Of a stretch of DNA of 64,000 bases, positions 47,079 to 61,587 are shown piece after piece. Under the pieces are notes generated by a model. The model saw only the letters and a program-made list of their open reading frames with translations. It did no database searches and was not told the DNA's origin. Made by a program: the position numbers and the translations under genes. Every line of letters begins with the position of its first letter. Positions within the stretch are counted from its first letter, which is position 1. Source of the DNA: Eledone cirrhosa (lineage: Eukaryota); the NCBI GenBank assembly GCA_964016885.1, contig OZ024743.1:350610001-350674000 (forward strand), in the 5' to 3' direction.

Positions 47079-47263
47079 GAAGTGCATACGGCAATGGGAC
47101 AGCGTTTTGTAATGCACAGAACTTTGATGTGGTTGAAGGAACACATAACTGTTTTGAGTTCGATCCTCTGCCATTTGCTGCTGCTGTATCTCTTACATCA
47201 ACATTTGTCACATTATGCATATGTTTGTGCCTTCTTATATTTCAACGACACTTCACTCTTTAG
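47079..47263 (+). CDS. Exon 4 (terminal) of folate-receptor-family protein
   Basis: CTAAT..TTTTCTTTTGCAG|GA acceptor (G+GA gives Gly). Encodes SAYGNGTAFCNAQNF..HNCFEFDPLPFAAAVSLTSTFVTLCICLCLLIFQRHFTL*. Total CDS is 597 nt. Confidence 0.92.
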
Positions 47264-48084
47264 TTCATCTTTACTCTGGTCATCTTTTTTTTTTTTTACA
47301 TACAAAAAGAAAAAGCACTTTTATCATATTCCTCCTCCTACTTCCACTTCATTCCTACTCCACTCCTACTGCTACTCAATGTCCACTCCACTCCCACTCC
47401 TCTTATACTCTATTTCTCTGCTACTCCACTCCAGTTCTGCTCCTACTCACACCTATGCTACTCCTACAGCTATTCTACCTCTACCTAATTGCTATCCCCT
47501 CTACTTCTAATCCACTCCTACTCTACTCTTCTTCCTTCTCACCTAATCCTCCCCCTCCTTTCTTCTCCCCATGTTCTTTATTTCTTCTTCCTTTTCTCAG
47601 CTACATTCTCCTCCCCAGCTCCCTCATTCCCATTCCTATCATATCTCCCTCTCCTTATTTATTTTCTTACCCCAACTACCACTCTTCACTTCTACTCTAA
47701 GACCCCCACCTGCACTCATCCACCATCTACTTCCTCTTACACACACATACGCATACATACACATGCATGCACACATGCATACATGCATATAGTGTTCAGT
47801 TATATTAAGAGATTAATTTGAAACAAGGAAAAGGTCCTATTTCAAATACCTGCTGACTTTCTACATTGTGCCTGTGGAAGAAAGGAACAGTCCACAGCCC
47901 TTTGTTGGAATCAGAGAGATGGGGGGGAGGGAGTTATTCTATAATGCAGATGCAGTTGCTATAATTGTTATAGTTGCATTGCACTCTGATGCAATCATGT
48001 GACACAAAATACAACATTATTTAAGCATTCTGTACTTTTGCCATGAGGTGATCTATACATGGTTTTGGACTGGCTGTATACATA

Positions 48085-48095
48085 CAGATACTCAT

Positions 48096-48184
<89 letters not shown>

Positions 48185-48387
48185 CATATATACATATACA
48201 TACATATATAAATATATATATATATATATATACACATATATACATATACATATATATATATATATATATACATATATATACATATATATAGATAGATAGA
48301 TAGATATATATATACACACACACACATATATATATATAAATATATACACACACACACGTATATATATATATATATATATATAAACAT

Positions 48388-48482
<95 letters not shown>

Positions 48483-48498
48483 ATATATAGATAGATAG

Positions 48499-48551
<53 letters not shown>

Positions 48552-48558
48552 GATAGAT
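48085..48558. repeat. Compound (TA)/(CA)/(GATA) microsatellite
   Basis: Read directly from the sequence. Confidence 0.95.
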
Positions 48559-49234
48559 ATATAAACATATACACACACACACGTATATATATATATGTAT
48601 ATATATATAATGTATGAAGCCAGCTTTTGAAACGCTGAGAACATATGTATATATATATATATAACTATAAAGAAAGTGCTCAAGCGCAGAAATGCTATAA
48701 AGATATCTTATAAAATAGGGTGAAGATCCTTAAAAGACGGAAAAAGAAGTTGCCATTGGCTGCTATGAGGTAATGAACTCCATATCTTCCAGTTACCTCA
48801 TAGCAGCCCACGGCAACTTCTAATTCCATCTTTTAAGAGTCTTCACCCCATGCATATAAGAGGGGAGTGGTTAGGTGGTATATCAGTCCAAAGTACATAT
48901 AAACATATACACACACACACGTATATATATATATGTATATATATATAATGTATGAAGCCAGCTTTTGAAACGCTGAGAACATATGTATATATATATATAT
49001 AACTATAAAGAAAGTGCTCAAGCGCAGAAATGCTATAAAGATATCTTATAAAATAGGGTGAAGATCCTTAAAAGACGGAAAAAGAAGTTGCCATTGGCTG
49101 CTATGAGGTAATGAACTCCATATCTTCCAGTTACCTCATAGCAGCCCACGGCAACTTCTAATTCCATCTTTTAAGAGTCTTCACCCCATGCATATAAGAG
49201 GGGAGTGGTTAGGTGGTATATCAGTCCAAAGTAC
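48559..49234. repeat. Tandem duplication of a 338-bp unit containing a long hairpin
   Basis: 48559-48896 appears identical to 48897-49234. Confidence 0.95.
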
Positions 49235-49559
49235 AAAAGAGCCAAGGAAAGTCGCCCCCTACTGAATATTTGACAACTCCTCCCCACTCCAAAAATTAAA
49301 CCTCTCAGACTCCTTGAATTTTGAAAGGAAATCTCCCTTTCCTGCACTCCAGGGCTTAAAAGCAGTCATGTTCCACTCTTCCTTGCAAATTTCTCATCTA
49401 GGCTCTGGTCATGTGGACACATGTATACTGCTTCTTATGTGACACCTATACTGCTGACTAACTTATGATACTCTAGTAATTGACTGTTGTATGATACATG
49501 TGGCCAATGGCTCCCACATGAGACCTTTCATACATTTTATTATTATTGTTGTTAATATT

Positions 49560-50646
49560 AATAGGCAGAATTATTAGTGTCAAACAAAATGCTTTGTAGC
49601 ATTTAGTTATGACCCTTTATATTCTGGGTTCAAATCCCGCCAAGGTTAGCTTTGCCTTTCATCCTTACAGGGTCGATAAAATAAAGTACCGGTAATACAC
49701 TGGAGTAAATTTAATCGACTTTCTCCTCCCCTTCAAATTGCTGGCCTTGTGCCAAAAGTAGAAACAATTATTATTATAAACATGATTGATAAAATATAAG
49801 TAGCAGTCAAGTATTGGAGTCAACATAAAACAATCACATTCTCCCACCATTCCAAACCCACAAAACTTGTGGCCTTGTGCTTATGTTAGAAATTACTATG
49901 GATTGTCAGACTTGACTGAGCATCAAACAAAATGCCTTGCAATATTTGTACTGGCTGTTTACATTCCAAGTTCAAATCCCTCTGAGATCAACTTTGGTTT
50001 TCATCCTCCAGAGTTGACAAATTTAAATACCAGTCAAATACTGGTATCAATTTAATGAACTAATCCCTCCCCACAAAATTTTTGACCTTGATCTTATGTA
50101 AGAAATGATTAATTGGGCATTAGATTAACATAATTGTGAGAGCATTAGACAAAATGCTTTGTAGTATTTGATCTGGTTCCTTGCTTTCTCACTTCAAATC
50201 CCACCAAAGTCAACTTTTCCTTTCATCTTCCTGGGGTCAATAAAATAAAGTACACAGTCAAGTACTGGAGCTGATTTAATCAACTTCCCCTTCCTCCAAA
50301 AGTGATGGCCTCAGGCCTAAATGAGAAATCATCATTATTATTATTATTAATTGTTTCTACTTTTGGCACAAGGCCAGCAATTACCCAGTACATTACTGGT
50401 ACTTTATTTATTCATTATTAATGGTGGTGAATGGTAGAGTAGAAAGCTAATAAAAAAAAACCTTATTGGTATTTAGATACATTCCATTTACGATTTGAGT
50501 TCAAATCCCTCCACTTTCGGCTTTGCCTTTCATCCTTCCAAGGTCGATAAAATAGTAACCATTGAGTACTGGAGGTGAGGTGAGATCAATTAAATGGTCT
50601 CCACTCTCCCCCCAAAAAATTGGGGTGTTGTACCTAAATTAGAAAT

Positions 50647-50650
<4 letters not shown>
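49560..50650 (+). mobile_element. Cluster of four diverged + strand SINE copies and one reverse fragment
   Basis: TTCAAATCCC..TTTCATC.T core near 49628, 49970, 50193 and 50499. A reverse 3' fragment lies at 50345-50408. Confidence 0.8.
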
Positions 50651-50678
<28 letters not shown>

Positions 50679-51395
50679 TTTTTCTTATTCCTCAGAAGAT
50701 TTGTATTCTTTGCTTTGTATTCTTTATCTTTTTTTTAATATGAATATGAAAAATACATTTCAAGTGAGAGGTGCCAATCGACTACACTTGATATATTATC
50801 ATCCTTATTTTGCACTACAATTTCATTATGCCTATCTTTGAATTAAATCAAAATCTCACTTTCGAATCATGTACCTGTTAAATTCAGAAACACAAAAATA
50901 AAAAATATAAAAACCGCCATCATTTCGGAGTAATTATGAACTAAAAGAATACTTTATAATCACCCCAATATTTAATGGAATCATGTACCCATTACTTCCA
51001 AAAACACAAACACCAAAAAACGGTATCATTTGGGATTATAAAAATTTAATAGATAAATAGATAAAAATTTAATAGATAAATTTAATGTCATCAGAAAAAA
51101 ACATACACATATACAAATACAAATTAATATATAGATATTTATGTGCATATATATTTATTTATATCATAAGAGAACTATTTAAGCTCTACACTGGTATTGA
51201 GGTCTCTTTCATCAACTATATACAGATTTAAACCCCCAGATACTCGGAGATCTTTTGGCTATATATATATAGATATAAACCAACTTGCTTCGGGAAACTC
51301 AGAGTACCTAAGAAGGCATACGCCAGTTTGCCATGTATTTGATACAATATAGTATGTATATATCCAGGGAGTGTAACACAGAGTTACTGTAGGTT

Positions 51396-51428
<33 letters not shown>

Positions 51429-54144
51429 ATATATATATATACATGTATATACCTTACTAGAGAATTTCAAAAATAAGACATTTTATTGATGATAAATTCT
51501 AAATGTATTTGGTTCAACTCCTAGACCCTGATACTTATACATAGCTCCCTATGCAAAAAACACAATCTGATTAATTCCTTCCATTATGGGTCATTGAGTA
51601 GATCCATGTTGTTATACCATTAAGTTTAATAAGGAGTAAAGAAGGAGGCTTCCTTTAACAAGACCCCTTAATAGAAAAACAGCTGATCTTGTACCTCCTC
51701 ACTTTGCCCTACATCATCCCAACCATGCTGTTACTGCTATGTATAATTTATTGTTTAGGTGACGTTTTGTCATCTTATTAGCTGTCTGATAATCTGATAT
51801 CTGTAAGAAAGTGTTGGGAGGATGACTTTGGAAGATGTTTGTTCTTTGGTATTAATTGTGGGATGGAAGAGTAGTATCGTTTGTTTTGTTTTTTTAAGGT
51901 ATACTTAATGTAGGTAAAATATGTTTTGTTATAGACTATAATATGTTGTCTGCAATATTTTTTGTTTGTGTTTGTATGCTATTTAGTTTTTTTAATATAG
52001 ATATTATATATTATTAAATGATTAAAGATGGTTAATTAATTGTGTTAACGATGGTATTTGTAGCTGAGTAATTGCATTTCATATGATGGGTCATAGTTGG
52101 TTTAGGTTTGCTATATTTGTTTATCTTTATTTCAATGTTGGATGAGGTTAAGAGAAAAGTAACATGTATATTTATATATATATGTACCCTTCAAAAATGA
52201 TGAGTTTTCTATTGAAAGAAATATTGAATTTATTAATTCCCTACTACAACTTTCCTCATGAGGACTTGAACATGCGAGATTTCCTTGACCCTCATAATCT
52301 TTAATCTGCAATTTCAAGTTAGACGGATTCCTTGTTCAACATAGATTTATGTACAACTGGCCATGGTTGAACATGGATTGTAGCAGGAACAAATCTACTT
52401 TATTAAGAGATTGGCCTTGTGATTTGTTTATTGTCATACTAACTGCAGAAATAATCAGAAAATATCTCCTTTTCCTGAGAAATGTTAAGGTTTTGTTGCT
52501 TGGAATAAAATCAATAACTTACCAAGTAAAACAAAAAATGAGAAAAGGTGTCTGCAGAATGTATTTATAATTGGGTGAGATAAAGAAATATAAGAAATTA
52601 ATGAATTGTGTGATGTTTATATGAATAGTGAAATGAAAGTGAATAAGTGGAACAGCATTTTGTGAGAAAAATTTGTAAAACTTCCATGTTTGTGCAGACA
52701 CATCAACAGGTAAAGAAAAATCTATGTAAACAACTTTATTCATAACATTCCCACTTCATAGACACCATTAACTGTCATTTGAACCTGTGATTTATTATGA
52801 TATATATATGTATGATCTATTTTTAGAATGTTGAACAGATATGTATTCATTAAAAATTTAAAAGCTGCAACATATTTTTTGGACCATGAAATTGGGTCCG
52901 AAAAAAGATGAAAGCATTGCCCATTTTCCATGCAGGAGCTTTATGCAAAATTGTTAAGACTCTTTGTTCATAGTAACAACATATGTTGAAGCTTCTAAAT
53001 TTTAAAATATATGTGTGTGTCTGTATAAAGAAAAAGAGATGATAGATAAGTATGTATGCATGTATGCACACACATATATACAGAGATAGATGAATATGTA
53101 TGTGAGTGTGTGTGTGGATTATTTATTGTCCATGAAAAATATTTATCAAGAAGACTAACACTAAGAAAAGACTCATGTGTATTATAAATTATTATGTAAT
53201 ATTTACCTTACATCTATACAAGTGTTTCAATACATTCAAGCTACATTCAATCATAAATAATACCTCTAAAATATAAAATAAATATATAATATATGTGTAT
53301 GAGAATATATATATATATATATATAGTATTCCACTATTACTTTTAGTAAGGTGAGAGAAGCTTAATGCACACTAAAATCCTTGGCTTGTAAGGAATTTAA
53401 AACAAAATATTCTTCAAAAGTTAAAGTTCTTTTTGTTGAGGACAGAACATTGATATTTAAAATAAAGAAAAATCAAGGTTAACAACTTAAATCCTTTAAT
53501 TTCTATGTCCATTTCAATAAAGGCGACAATAGTACATGTATATGAAAACAATCGTAAATAGTTAATTAGCAATTATTAACACAAGACATAATACATATAA
53601 TTGCATTTCTTCAGGAAATATAAGAAAGAATAAAGTTTATCAAATTCAAATAATAAGAATAGACTCCATATGAAATATTGGACTTAAAGCAAGCATTTTT
53701 TTTTAAATGGATTTTTCGCAACGTGCACAGTTGTGATTATAGCTTGAGGTAAAAAGCATTACCTCATTATTATTTATAATGCTATTATTATTTTTTCCTT
53801 ATATAGTTAAACGGATATTTGGTATTGGTTAGATAAAATAGATAGGCAGGAATGTGGAAAGTGATGAAGCAAAGCGACATTATTTAAGAGGCACTGGTAA
53901 GAATTTTGCATTAAAAAAATATAAGAAACATATATAAATTATCATTCTTTTTAATATGGCCAATTAAATAATTGCCCTGGGTTACATGTCAAATTATACT
54001 TATATTACCCAGTGATCAAGGTTCAATTAGTGGTGTTGGTTCAGAAAGATGTTTACAAATGTAACATGTTAATAATAATTTTTACTATGGAACACTTTAA
54101 GTGTAGTAGTGCTCAGAAGAGCACAAAAACGTATACACACACAA

Positions 54145-54182
<38 letters not shown>

Positions 54183-54452
54183 TTATATATAACCAGAGGG
54201 TGGCCAAAGTCCAGTTGGCATGATGATTTGATCTGATACCTTGATCTCACATGGCCCAATATGGCCAAAGATAGGAAGCGGTGGAGGTCAACCAGAGAGG
54301 GGTTCCTCAAACAGAACTGAGAAAGCCATGAATTTAGGATTTTGGAGATATATATATATGGATGAATGCGGAAAGAGAACACAATACTGCAGAAGTGATT
54401 AATAGTAAATTAAACAGAACCAGAGTAACAAGCCACAGAATCAGCCTTAAGC

Positions 54453-54496
<44 letters not shown>

Positions 54497-54679
54497 CCAC
54501 CCTTGCAAGCAGGGAAAAAGCGGATGTAAAATGAAATGATGATGATGATGATATATGTGCGTGTGTGTGTATTTGCAAGAGATGTCAACATGAATGGACC
54601 TATTATTTTTATCTAAAGACATTTTTTCCAATTCCATCCCGCCCGTCCCCTTAATCTATTTTATTTCTCATTCTTTCTT

Positions 54680-54703
54680 CTGATGAAGGACTAGCGTCCG
54701 AAA
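54680..54703 (+). ncRNA. Hammerhead-like core, degenerate
   Basis: CTGATGA-A-GGAC-TAGC-GTCC-GAAA has a perfect stem II, but the downstream cleavage triplet is missing. Confidence 0.4.
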
Positions 54704-54792
54704 GACCCTCTTCCTGCTATATCAAGCGCTAACCTAATATATACCTTCCATATACTGTACTGATTGTGTTGTTATTTCTGTTTACCTTTTAC

Positions 54793-54826
<34 letters not shown>

Positions 54827-55849
54827 ATTACTTGATCGTTTTTTTTTTTTGGCTATGCGAGTGATTGTTTAACCATCGTCTCAGTGTGTTTGGCCTTTAA
54901 CGTTTGTTATAGCTCTGGTTCATCTGAATCATTGAGCACTTGCCGCACATATCGGAGGTTGTTTTTCGTTATTTCGTGGGCCGAAATGCGAATCTCGATA
55001 ATTTATGTTTGTTTATATATATATGTGTATATATATATATATTGTTATACTTTGGGAGGGTCATGTTGCCAATAAGAAACACACGCACCAGTTGCTTTCA
55101 CTCCAAATTATTATAAATTTTTAAAAAAAATTATAAATTTCCAGTTGGTTGGTTGGTTCCACAACCGGATGGTTGTTCATATATTGTCAAATATATATAA
55201 AGGCGGCAAGTGTCGGATAGAATGCTTTATCGTGTTCATTCCAGCTCTGCTCTCTGAGTGCAAATCCCACCGAGGTCAATTTTGCCTTTCGTTCTTTTGA
55301 GGTCGATTAAAAAAAAAGTACCAGTCTAGTACTGGTGTTGATTCTTCCTCTATATCTCTTTCTCAATTCCTCTGTCTCACTTTCTATCATTCTCTGGAAG
55401 AAATCTACTGTTCTCAGGTCTGGATAAGGATGGATAGGGACTTTAAATGCCCAAGAAATGCTGTGTGTCAATACAGTGCCCCTACAACTCTAGCAGGAAT
55501 TACAAGACCATACCCACACACATATATTTATATATGCTAACCAATCATTTTAGAGAGTAAAAGTGAAATAATACGTTACTATGGCTATGTGGTGAATCAT
55601 GTTACTCTGGAGAAAAATCTTTCTCGCAAATAACAATGTGAGCATCAAAATTCCAATCTACCAAAACTGATGATTATCACTTATACTCTATCAATAGAGA
55701 TTCTACATCATAGAATTCTTATTGGTGATCTCATACTTTTGATTTCAATTCTAAAATTCTTCCAAATAAATATAAATTTATTCATTATGAATTAATTAAC
55801 TGCTAAGATTTTCAATGAAAAGCTATAATGTTATGTCACAAATATGTGA

Positions 55850-57603
55850 CCATGTCTCGCTCATATAGGACTATCTGGCAGGCTTTCTACGGCTGGATGC
55901 CCTTCCTAACACCAACCACATTTACAGTGTGGAACTGGGAACTTTTTACCGTGTTACCTACACGGCCACATTACAGCGTGGACTGTGTGTGTTTTTTGTT
56001 GTGACACCTACACGAACTCGATCTCATTTTCTCGTGCTGTTGTTGGGAGTGGGAGGATAGGGTAGGGGTAGTAGATTGGGGTGTATATTTGGTTAAGAGG
56101 TGCCTACTGACTGTAGATTTCGCTTTGTACATAGGCAAGGCGGGTCTTCTGTATTACTGCGTAGCACCAAAGATCTCGGTCCAGAGACATTGTCTTAGAG
56201 AGGTGTAAGTGTGAGGTCGGAATTTATCAGATCATCCCAGGTTTTTCTGGGTCTACCTACTCTGTAACTACGATCAATTTTGATCGCCCTGCAATTTTTA
56301 ATGCAGCTGTCATCTTTCATGCGCATCATGTTACCATACCAACGTAGTCTTCTCTCAAGTAAACAGCATCTGATCCCTCTTATTCCTAATTTCTCACTTA
56401 GTTCATTTATGCTTTGCCGTTCACGTATATTACTATTACACATCCAACGGAGCATGCATGCTTCATTCCTTTCCAGTCTACGCAGGTCCTCTGCATGTAA
56501 TGCCCATGTCTCACTGCCATGTAGCATTGCTGTTCATATACAGGCATCATACAATCTGCCTTTCATTTTTAGAGAGAAACCTTTTGTGGCCAACAGTGGT
56601 ATAAGCTCTCTGAACTTTTTCCATCCCGTTCTGACTCTGGCTACTGTACTTTCAGAACACCCTCCACGACTGCTGATTTTGTCACCCAGGTAACGGAAAG
56701 TGTCTACTATTTCTATAGAACCATCTGGGCAATGGAAGGAGCTAGTATCCTTTGGACACTTGCTACTTATTGCACCTGAGCATTGGCCACATATATAGTC
56801 TACGTTCTTAGATAGTTTACCTGTGATCCCACTACATCTTTTATGTACCCATACTTTGCATTTGGGACATAAAATGGAATTTCTGCCTACACACTGAGCA
56901 TGGTCATTTCCCTGAGGGTACCTGTGCCCTATTTTCCTTTCTACAAACTAGAACTTTAGTCTTAGACAAGTTAACTTTAAGGCCTTTTGATTCTAGGCGA
57001 TGCTTCCATGTTTTGAATTTCTTATCTAGTTCAGCCATTGATTCAGCTATGAGCGTTAGATCATCTGCGTATAGGAGTTCCCATGGGCAGCCGGTCTTGA
57101 ACTCCTCTGTTATAGCCTGAAGGGCAATAATAAATAAGAGGGGGCTAAGGACAGAGACTTGATGAACACCAACTTTTACACTAAATTCTTCACAATATTC
57201 ATTGTTAATTCTAAACTTACTGACTGTTTCATTATACATAGCTTGTATAGCTCTCACAAGCCATTCATCTACACCTAGTTTTCTAAGAGCCCACCAGATA
57301 ATGGAGCGGAGGACTCTGTCAAAAGCTTTCTCCAGGTCTACAAAAGCTAAGTAGAGGGGTTTACTTTTAGCTAAGTACTTCTCTTGTAGTTGTCGTACAA
57401 GGAAAAGGGCGTCTGTGGTACTTTTACCTGACTCAAACCCGAATTGCATTTTATCTAGATCAATTCGCTCTCTGATTAGTAGCGCTATAACTCTTTCTGT
57501 GACCTTCATGACCTGGTCAACTAACTTAATACCTCTATAGTTTCCCCTATCTAGAGCATCCCCTTTACCCTTGTAGCAGTTAATGATGATGCTGCTACGC
57601 CAG
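55850..57603 (-). mobile_element. RTE LINE (family A) RT to 3' end
   Basis: ORF 56904-57509 has QFGF, FVDLEKAFDRV, GVHQVSVLSPLLF and LLYADDL. ORF 56195-56527 has MLHGSETW and RRLRWYG. Confidence 0.93.
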
Positions 57604-57865
57604 TATATTTATATATATATATATAAGTGTAATTATATATATATGTATGTATGTTTTTATATGTGTGCATGTGTATGTATGTATTTATATGTGTGCGTGT
57701 GTATGTATTTATATATCTGCATGTGTATATATGAATTTATGTGTATATTTATATATATATATATATGTGTGTGTGTATGTAAATATATATGTATGTAAAA
57801 GCTAAACAGAAATAACAACACAATCGGTACAGTATATACACGTGTATATATATAAATCTAAACAG

Positions 57866-57899
<34 letters not shown>

Positions 57900-57929
57900 A
57901 TATGTGTGTGTGTGTACATACATGACACT

Positions 57930-59941
57930 ACTTCACAGCAAGAATGGCAAGGAGCTTCTTGGGGTGACTCAGGGCATTTTGTGAAGATGGCAAGAGTACT
58001 TTGATGTACTTTTGAACTGGCCCTGTATTATCAATGAGGATTTCTGCAAGCTAATCCTTAAAAAACCAGAACCATCGACTTTAGAAGTTGCAGTAACTCT
58101 CTCAAAGTTGAACAGTGGTGAGAAAGTTCTATGACATCTTCACTCTCTCTTTGGCATAATATGAGCTAGAATCCATACCTGAGGAATGGAGAAATGCAAT
58201 AATGATAGTCCTGTACAAGGGAAAGAGTAACAAGGATGATTATTGCAATTATCAGGGTATACCATTGCTTTCTGTTGTAGATAAAGTTTCATGTAGTGTA
58301 CTTCTTTACTATCTGCTGCTGCACATTGTGTCAGTCTAGTTTTCATGCTGGAAATGGAGCTGCTGGTATGATCTCCTCAGCTACACAACTCCAGAAGGGT
58401 TTATACCTGTATCAGTTTTTTGTTGATCTGACAAAAGCTTTTGATACTGTTAACAGAAATGCATTGTCGAAGGTTCTCCAGAAACTTGGTTTTTTGATAA
58501 GTTCCTTGCTATGCTCAGATCATTCCATGATGATATTAAGTCTTGGGTTAATGTCAGAGGCTACCTCAATGAATAATGGAGTAAAACAAAGGGATATTCC
58601 AACATTGAATCTATTTGCCATATGCTTTGCAATGGTTTTCTATATTGCATTAAAAATTGCAAGCTTGGTGTTTACATTTGCTATCAAACCTCCGGCAACA
58701 TATTTAACATTAAGCACTTTGCCACAAATACAAAAGTATTTACCACTCTCATAAGAGACCTTTTGTATGCAGATGATATGCAACACCTTATGAATGCATT
58801 TTCTGATGCTTACACTGCCTTATGACTGACTATCAGTCTCAAGAAAACCATTGTCATATACCAACCTGCTCCTGGTAACCATACAGTGGACCAAATATCT
58901 ATGTGTATGGTAAAAAGCTTGGAGTTGTTGATCTGTTTATCTACTTAGGAAGAACTCTCAATCAATGCTGCAATTTTGATAGTGAAATTCCACACAGGAT
59001 TCAGAAAGCAAGTAATGCTTTTGGAAAGCTAGCAAGGCACCTTTGGGGTTGGTGAGACATATTCAAGAAGACAAAGATAAAGGTGTACAATACATGTGTT
59101 CTCTCTTCTCTTTTTTTACCTACGAGACCTGGGTCACATATTGGTACAATCTTAACCAGTTGGGATGTTTTCATCAAGTGTGTCTCACACAGATCCTTGG
59201 CATTCACTAGAGGGACCACATCAGTGATGTTGAGATTTTGGAAAAGTCCCAGTGTAAAAGTTTTGAAGCTCTCATGATTAAACAAAGACTCAAATGGAGT
59301 GGTCCTCTTGCCAGGATGGAGAATTCTGGGCTTCTAAAACAACTCTGCTTTGGAGAATTAATTTTTTTAAAAATACCTCCACATAAACCAAAAAAGAAGT
59401 GTAAGGATTCATTGAAAGCCTCTTTGAAAGATGTTAATAGCTCTGTTGATACATGGGAAAGCAAAGCAACTGAACGTAGCAAATGGAGAAAGACAAAACA
59501 TGAGGGGAAAATTGCTTTTGAGGCATCTCAAATCACAAATGAGAAACTGAAGAGGGATGTCAGAAAAGTTATTGTTGCATTTCCAGACAGCAAAGGTGAT
59601 CCCATGGAGCTAATATGCGACATCAGTGCAAAGCTGGACTCAAAACTCATATTTGCAGTCATACAGTGAGACCAATGGTTGACTACCAGACTACTCTAGG
59701 AAATGCTTCTCATCATACCTGTAAAGCATGTGGAATGGAGTGTAGATCAGCAGGTGGGTTCAAACAACATGTGAAAGAACATGATGACCAACCACAGCCT
59801 ACTATTACCAATGAACATTTTCACCATCCTTGCCAACACTGCAAGACATTTTCAATCATAAGCCAGGTTAAAATGCTACTTTTACTCAAAGCACCAATAA
59901 AAATGTCCTGTTGTGGCCATATTGGATGGGGGTAGCCATCA
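57930..59941 (+). mobile_element. RTE LINE (family B), degraded RT to 3' end
   Basis: FVDLTKAFDTVNR, NGVKQRD, LLYADD, RLKWSGPLARM and C-terminal C2H2 remnants. Paralogous to 741-1575. Confidence 0.88.
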
Positions 59942-59956
59942 TATATATGTATGTGC

Positions 59957-60019
<63 letters not shown>

Positions 60020-61587
60020 TAGTGTTAGTTATCAAAACTAATTATTATACTAATTAGTCATTGTATTTCTAGTTAACTGACTACTTCTTTTTGGACATTC
60101 TTTATTCTTATCAGTTTTATACAGTTCTTAACATGGAAAGAGAGTGTGCTGTTTTAATCTGACCTCCACAGCAAAGGGTAGTATACTATTCCGCACAGCT
60201 CTTCAAGGACAGTGTCTTATTTCATACAATCCTTCATATGAAATGGCCATGCCAGCATTTTACGGGGGAATTGACAACAGTGTTCTATTCCACACTGTCC
60301 TTCATGGTAAAGGGTAATGTTCTATTCCTCACTGGCCTTCGTAATGAAGGGCTGTGTCCTATTCCACACAACCCTTCATCCTTTAAAATTCCACATATCT
60401 TTTCAATTCATTGCATTCTCATTCAATTTATGCCAACAAATATTTATTCTATCTTCTTTACTTCAACCACACATTTATATTTTAAAGCCAACTTTACAGT
60501 ATTTCACAGTATTTCTATATATGGGTGTGTGTGTGTGTGTGTGTATGTTAATACATTATCATGTTACAAATGAATGTTCATGTATGTTAATACATTATCA
60601 TGTTACAAATGAAACTTGCTATAATTTAATGTTTTAGAGATGGGTGTGGGTACATTGGATGGATTTTCCATCCCTTCTCTTACTTTATACAAAATGATCA
60701 GGTTGTCTTGTAGACTGGGTAGGTTGTAATATTAATTTGAAAAATGCATTGTTTCTACCCTCCACAAATCATTAATAATGAAACTAAACTGAAATAACTA
60801 CTACAACTAGGATCCAAAACTAGACTATAATCTCAGCTCAAATAAGAGGCCTTTACATTATTCTATAGTTCTGAACTACAGATAATACTACTAGCTAACT
60901 GTATCCATTTGATATTTAGTAGCACTTTGAAAGAAGTCAAATATAACATTGCATATATTGATGCAAAACACATCGTGAATAGTCAATAGTTTCACTGTGA
61001 ACATTGGTGAAAGCTGTATCAAACAAGCTTAACTGAACCATACAGGCATAAGGGTCTTTAACAGGGTGTGCAGATATCAGGATATCAAATATAAACTATA
61101 ATCTCTGACCCTTCAACAAGCAGCAGACTGTCAATTGAGCCAGCTTCTGCTCAGCTAGTATATATTTTTTTTCAGATAATCTCATTCAAATTAAAAAATT
61201 AGTAGAATCTTGTAATGAAACAGATTTGCTTCATAAATTTTAATTAAATTCAGTAGCTGAACATTTTTTTTACATTTCTTTCTTGTATTTATTCTTACTG
61301 TGTTTATTATATCCACCACTAAACATATTTCCATGTGTTGTCTGGTAGTTTGGAGAAGGTTCTTTACATTTATAAACAATTCATGTACTTAATGTATTTG
61401 AATATGTCCATACTCCACACCAAATAATTAACAGCAATAATTCAATGTTTCACACATATACAAATACATATATATCTGTCTCTCTCTCTCTCTATATATA
61501 TATATATGAATCCATGTATATATATATATATATATATGGATTCATATATATAGAGACAGATATATATGTATGTATAGGTATATATAT

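Noticed and set aside
47215-47821. Leu/Ser/Pro-rich ORFs after exon 4
   Set aside because: CT-rich low-complexity sequence, probably 3'UTR.
47995-48683. YI/CV-rich ORFs (also near 1411, 4136, 40479 and 57583)
   Set aside because: Translations of TA/CA microsatellites.
51140-52320. Possible decayed Penelope-like RT on the minus strand
   Set aside because: Only scattered short motif hints; too degenerate to support without an alignment.
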